Program-made: the position numbers and the translations under genes | Assembly: GCA_001599295.1 (NCBI GenBank) | Contig: BCGN01000003.1 | Location: 806,001 to 870,000 of the forward strand | DNA length: 64,000 bases | From: Sporopachydermia quercuum | Lineage: Eukaryota | Reading direction: 5' to 3' | The notes under the pieces: model-generated | Told to the model about the DNA's origin: nothing | The model's input: the letters and a program-made list of their open reading frames with translations, nothing else | The model's database searches: none | In this document: positions 60,965 to 64,000 of the stretch, one piece after another | Numbering within the stretch: the stretch's first letter is position 1 | Layout of the letters: every line of letters starts with the position of its first letter

Positions 60965-63406
60965 ATGAAAACAGCAGCAAGGTCTAACANAGATTTCAAG
61001 TTTGAAAATGATGATGAAGAATCATCACCAGAGATTCAATCATCTTCATTTCAACGTGCTAAAATCAACATCCAAAGCTTCATCACACTGAAAATGCTCT
61101 CTGCCGCATCATTGATCGCTCTACTATGGCTGATAGTTGATCATAAAATCCAGGAGTATACCTTATTGAATGCAAACACTCAGCGAACAGACGTATATAA
61201 TAGATCAATACATATAAAACAACAGAAAGATGCCGCTATTCCACATGAAGTTCCTCTACGGAATCTCACATGGGGCCAAATAAATTTCTTACACACAACT
61301 GACACTCATGGTAAGCATACTACAGATTCTCTCCTGTAATTTCATCAATGAATGGGAACGATTATGGAACTAACATGAAATTAGGATGGCTGGAAGGACA
61401 TATAGTTGAACCAAACTATTCAGCTGATTGGGGTGATTATATTTCTTTTGTTAAGCATATGAAAAACAAAGCTGATGAATTGGGTGTTGATTTGTTAGTA
61501 TTTGATTCTGGTGACAAGCATGATGGCAATGGATTATCAGATGCAACTTATCCTGATGGTGAGGTATCTCAAAGATTATTCAGAGTAAGTAGATGAAAGA
61601 AGAAGAAGAAAAAAACCAGAATGAGACAAAGCGAGAGCTTGGAAAGAGAATTAAGTATTGCCGTACAAACGCTAGACTATTTTACGTCGTGCTCATCAAA
61701 TTACTAACAAATATTTAGATCAATGATTTTGATGTATTAACTCCTGGAAATCACGAGTTCTATATAGCAGAAAACACTATTCAAGAACGAAGTCTAATCG
61801 GAGATTATTATGGTAATCGTTTCTTGTCTGTATGTATCAATTTTTTCCTTGGCATTATTAATTAAAATTGACTATCTTATTAAATCTCAATTCAGCAGCT
61901 GCTAACATCTCAATACAGTCTAATATCGATTTGGTATACAGTAATGGTACAACTGAACCGTATGCCAATCGTTACTTTGAATTCGAAACCAAACACAACA
62001 AATTCAAAATAATGTCATTTGGGTTCTTGTTCAATTTCGAACAGTACAACGACCTTGTGAAAGTGAAAAAAGTCCAAGACGTTGTGCAAGAAGATTGGTT
62101 TCTTTCTGCTATCCAGAAAACCGATATTGATGTATTTGTTATTGTGTCCCATATTCCGATTCGCTGGCCCGAAGCTCAAATACTATTCAAAACAATACGT
62201 CGGTATAACCCTAGAACACCTATCCAGCTATTTGGTGGTCATAGTCATATCAGAGACTTCACTGTATACGATGAATTAGCTACTGGCATAGAAAGTGGTA
62301 GATACCTAGAAACTATCGGTTGGGTTAGCATTGACAATTTGAGCAGGAAGAAAAAAGAATATACAGAAACAGAAANAGGAAGCATAGAAAGCAATGATGA
62401 TACGGATAATGAGAGTTCTATTGGTACTGCTTCTGATAAACCTAATGAATCCTCTGCAACGCCCATTTTCTCAAGATCGTACATCGATTTCAATGTTTGG
62501 TCTTTATCTCATCATGCTGGGAAAGCTGGTGATATCAAAAATGATTTCAATACACCTTTGGGTCGTAAAGTATCAGCATTGGTCTCTTCTTATAGACGTG
62601 AGTTAGAACTCGATCTTCAATATGGCTGTGTTCCTCAAAACTATTTCACCAATAGAGCTCCTTATCCTGGGAAATATAGTATATACTCTTTGTTGGAGGA
62701 AAATGTTCTACCTAACTTAGAAAGAAGGTCAGACAAACAAAGAGTAATTATGATAAATACTGGTTCTATACGCTTTGATTTATTCCAAGGTCCTTATACA
62801 AAAGATTCAGGATATATTGTATCACCATTCAAGAACGAATGGGTACATTTTCCTTCTATATCACGAAGTTTGGTCGGAAAGATTGTTGAATATCTCAATA
62901 ACGAAACATATATTTTAGACCTATCAATTCCCGAAACAAGATCAATATATACGAAATGCAGTTCATTATTAGAAAAAGAACAAGTTACTATAGAAGAGGA
63001 GAACTTCATTTCGACCGTGTGTGAAGAAAGACCACTAAGAGAGCCAGAACTTTCAGAAATAGATGTACTATCCGTTGAGCTTACACCCGGATATGTAACA
63101 TATGATGACTTTGGTTCTGATGGTGATGATACACCTCACAAGCCAGAATTTTATTATTTAATACCTAATGTTATAGTGAGTTATGATGTAGGTCAAAAAA
63201 TGAGCAATAACAATAACAATGGTGACAATGGTGATGATGATTTGGTTGAATTTGTTTTCTTTGACTTCTTAGAGAAGTTTGTCCATGAAGCGTTGAAGAA
63301 CTTGAAAGAAGAACACAGTTTAGAGGTCGAAAAGTATGGAGGAAAGCAATTGGNAGGATTGCTGAAAAATCATGTAATTAATGAATGGTCTAAGTGTTTG
63401 CATTAG
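60965..63406 (+). CDS. Calcineurin-like metallophosphoesterase / 5'-nucleotidase (YHR202W-like); exons ~60965-61310, 61385-61584, 61719-61829, 61919-63406; start uncertain
   Basis: INFLHTTDTHG|W, DSGD.HDGNGLSD, GNHE, GGHSHIRD, ESGRY.ETIGW, NTGSIRFD, DDFG.DGDDTPH. Three GT-AG introns with CTAAC branch points restore the frame. Confidence 0.9.
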
Positions 63407-63797
63407 TGTTGCATTTTTATTGGTCTCATATAAGTTTGATGAAAAAAAGAATTTTTCGGCTGACTATTATCAAATTTCTGAAATTCATTGGCAAACATGA
63501 TTTATATATATATATACTTTAGAGTTTATAGAAGTATAGATTGCGAAATCGAATACGAGCGAGGTACTTATTTCGAGACACCGATAGAGTCAAAGTAGTC
63601 GTAGTGTGAATAGAATCAACTTGTATGACATTATATATCATAGACGACTAATGTGATGATCAGTTCATACAACTATTCAGACATACTGGGCCATCTTGGA
63701 ATTAAATTGCTACTTTGAAAGAAAAAAAAAACCAATGAGTTAATAAAGAGGTTTGCTGTTTTATTTATTATAAACAATTAAATAAAAGAGGAATTAT

Positions 63798-64000
63798 TTA
63801 GAGACCAGATTGAGCTCTTCTTCTATCTCTTTCTTCAGAGATGCTCAACTTGATACCCTTACCCTTTGGTAAGCTGATATAAGGCTTCTCGGCTTCACCA
63901 ATGACGAAAACGTTAGAGAGACGAGTGACGAAAGTGTTGTCAAGCTTATCCTTGATGTGGACAATGTCGAAACCACCTTCGTGTCTTTCACGGTGAATGA
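63798..64000 (-). CDS. RPS4: 40S ribosomal protein eS4, 3' part (runs off the window)
   Basis: Reverse strand reads [33 protein letters not shown]…[28 protein letters not shown]. Not in the ORF track. Confidence 0.96.
   Translation of the reverse strand, partial: IHRERHEGGFDIVHIKDKLDNTFVTRLSNVFVIGEAEKPYISLPKGKGIKLSISEERDRRRAQSGL

Noticed and set aside
389..63009. Many short antisense or intergenic ORFs in the track, and scattered single Ns
   Set aside because: The ORFs are shadows of real genes or AT-rich noise, many with non-ATG starts. The Ns look like ambiguous or heterozygous base calls and do not break frames.
1..64000. Stop-codon readthrough (TGA-CTA) or cryptic PTS1, CUG reassignment, transposons, CRISPR
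   Set aside because: The stop contexts checked lack TGA-CTA or SKL-type extensions; CTG aligns with conserved Leu; no RT, integrase or transposase ORFs, LTR pairs or spacer arrays were seen.

Overview
Eukaryotic (fungal) DNA from an intron-containing budding yeast (Saccharomycotina-like). It uses the standard code (CTG = Leu at conserved positions) and retains SCAP and a complex I subunit. About 21 protein genes are supported: SCAP (5'-truncated), an ATO/ADY2 transporter, ADP1, glutaminyl cyclase, FAB1, TLG2, a CreD/Rod1 arrestin, an Atg18/Atg21 PROPPIN, TPS1, MDM36-like, VMA2, TEP1/PTEN, LSM12, FAR11, DIB1, NDUFA11, MRPL36, MRP7, an Hsp30/Yro2 opsin-related protein, a YHR202W-like 5'-nucleotidase and RPS4 (3' part). 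I resolved 13 GT-AG introns by hand. The main result is in the 1.6 kb gap between SCAP and ATO. By-eye folding gives a roughly 1.3 kb plus-strand structured RNA (about 2109-3392) whose elements occur in budding-yeast telomerase RNA order: boundary helix, C-rich template, long arm with an RNase P/MRP P3-like loop, CS3/CS4-type pseudoknot, terminal arm with three-way junctions, and 5'-3' end pairing. It predicts an 11-nt telomere repeat, GGGGTTTCTGA. All folds are manual and all homologies are recalled, not searched.
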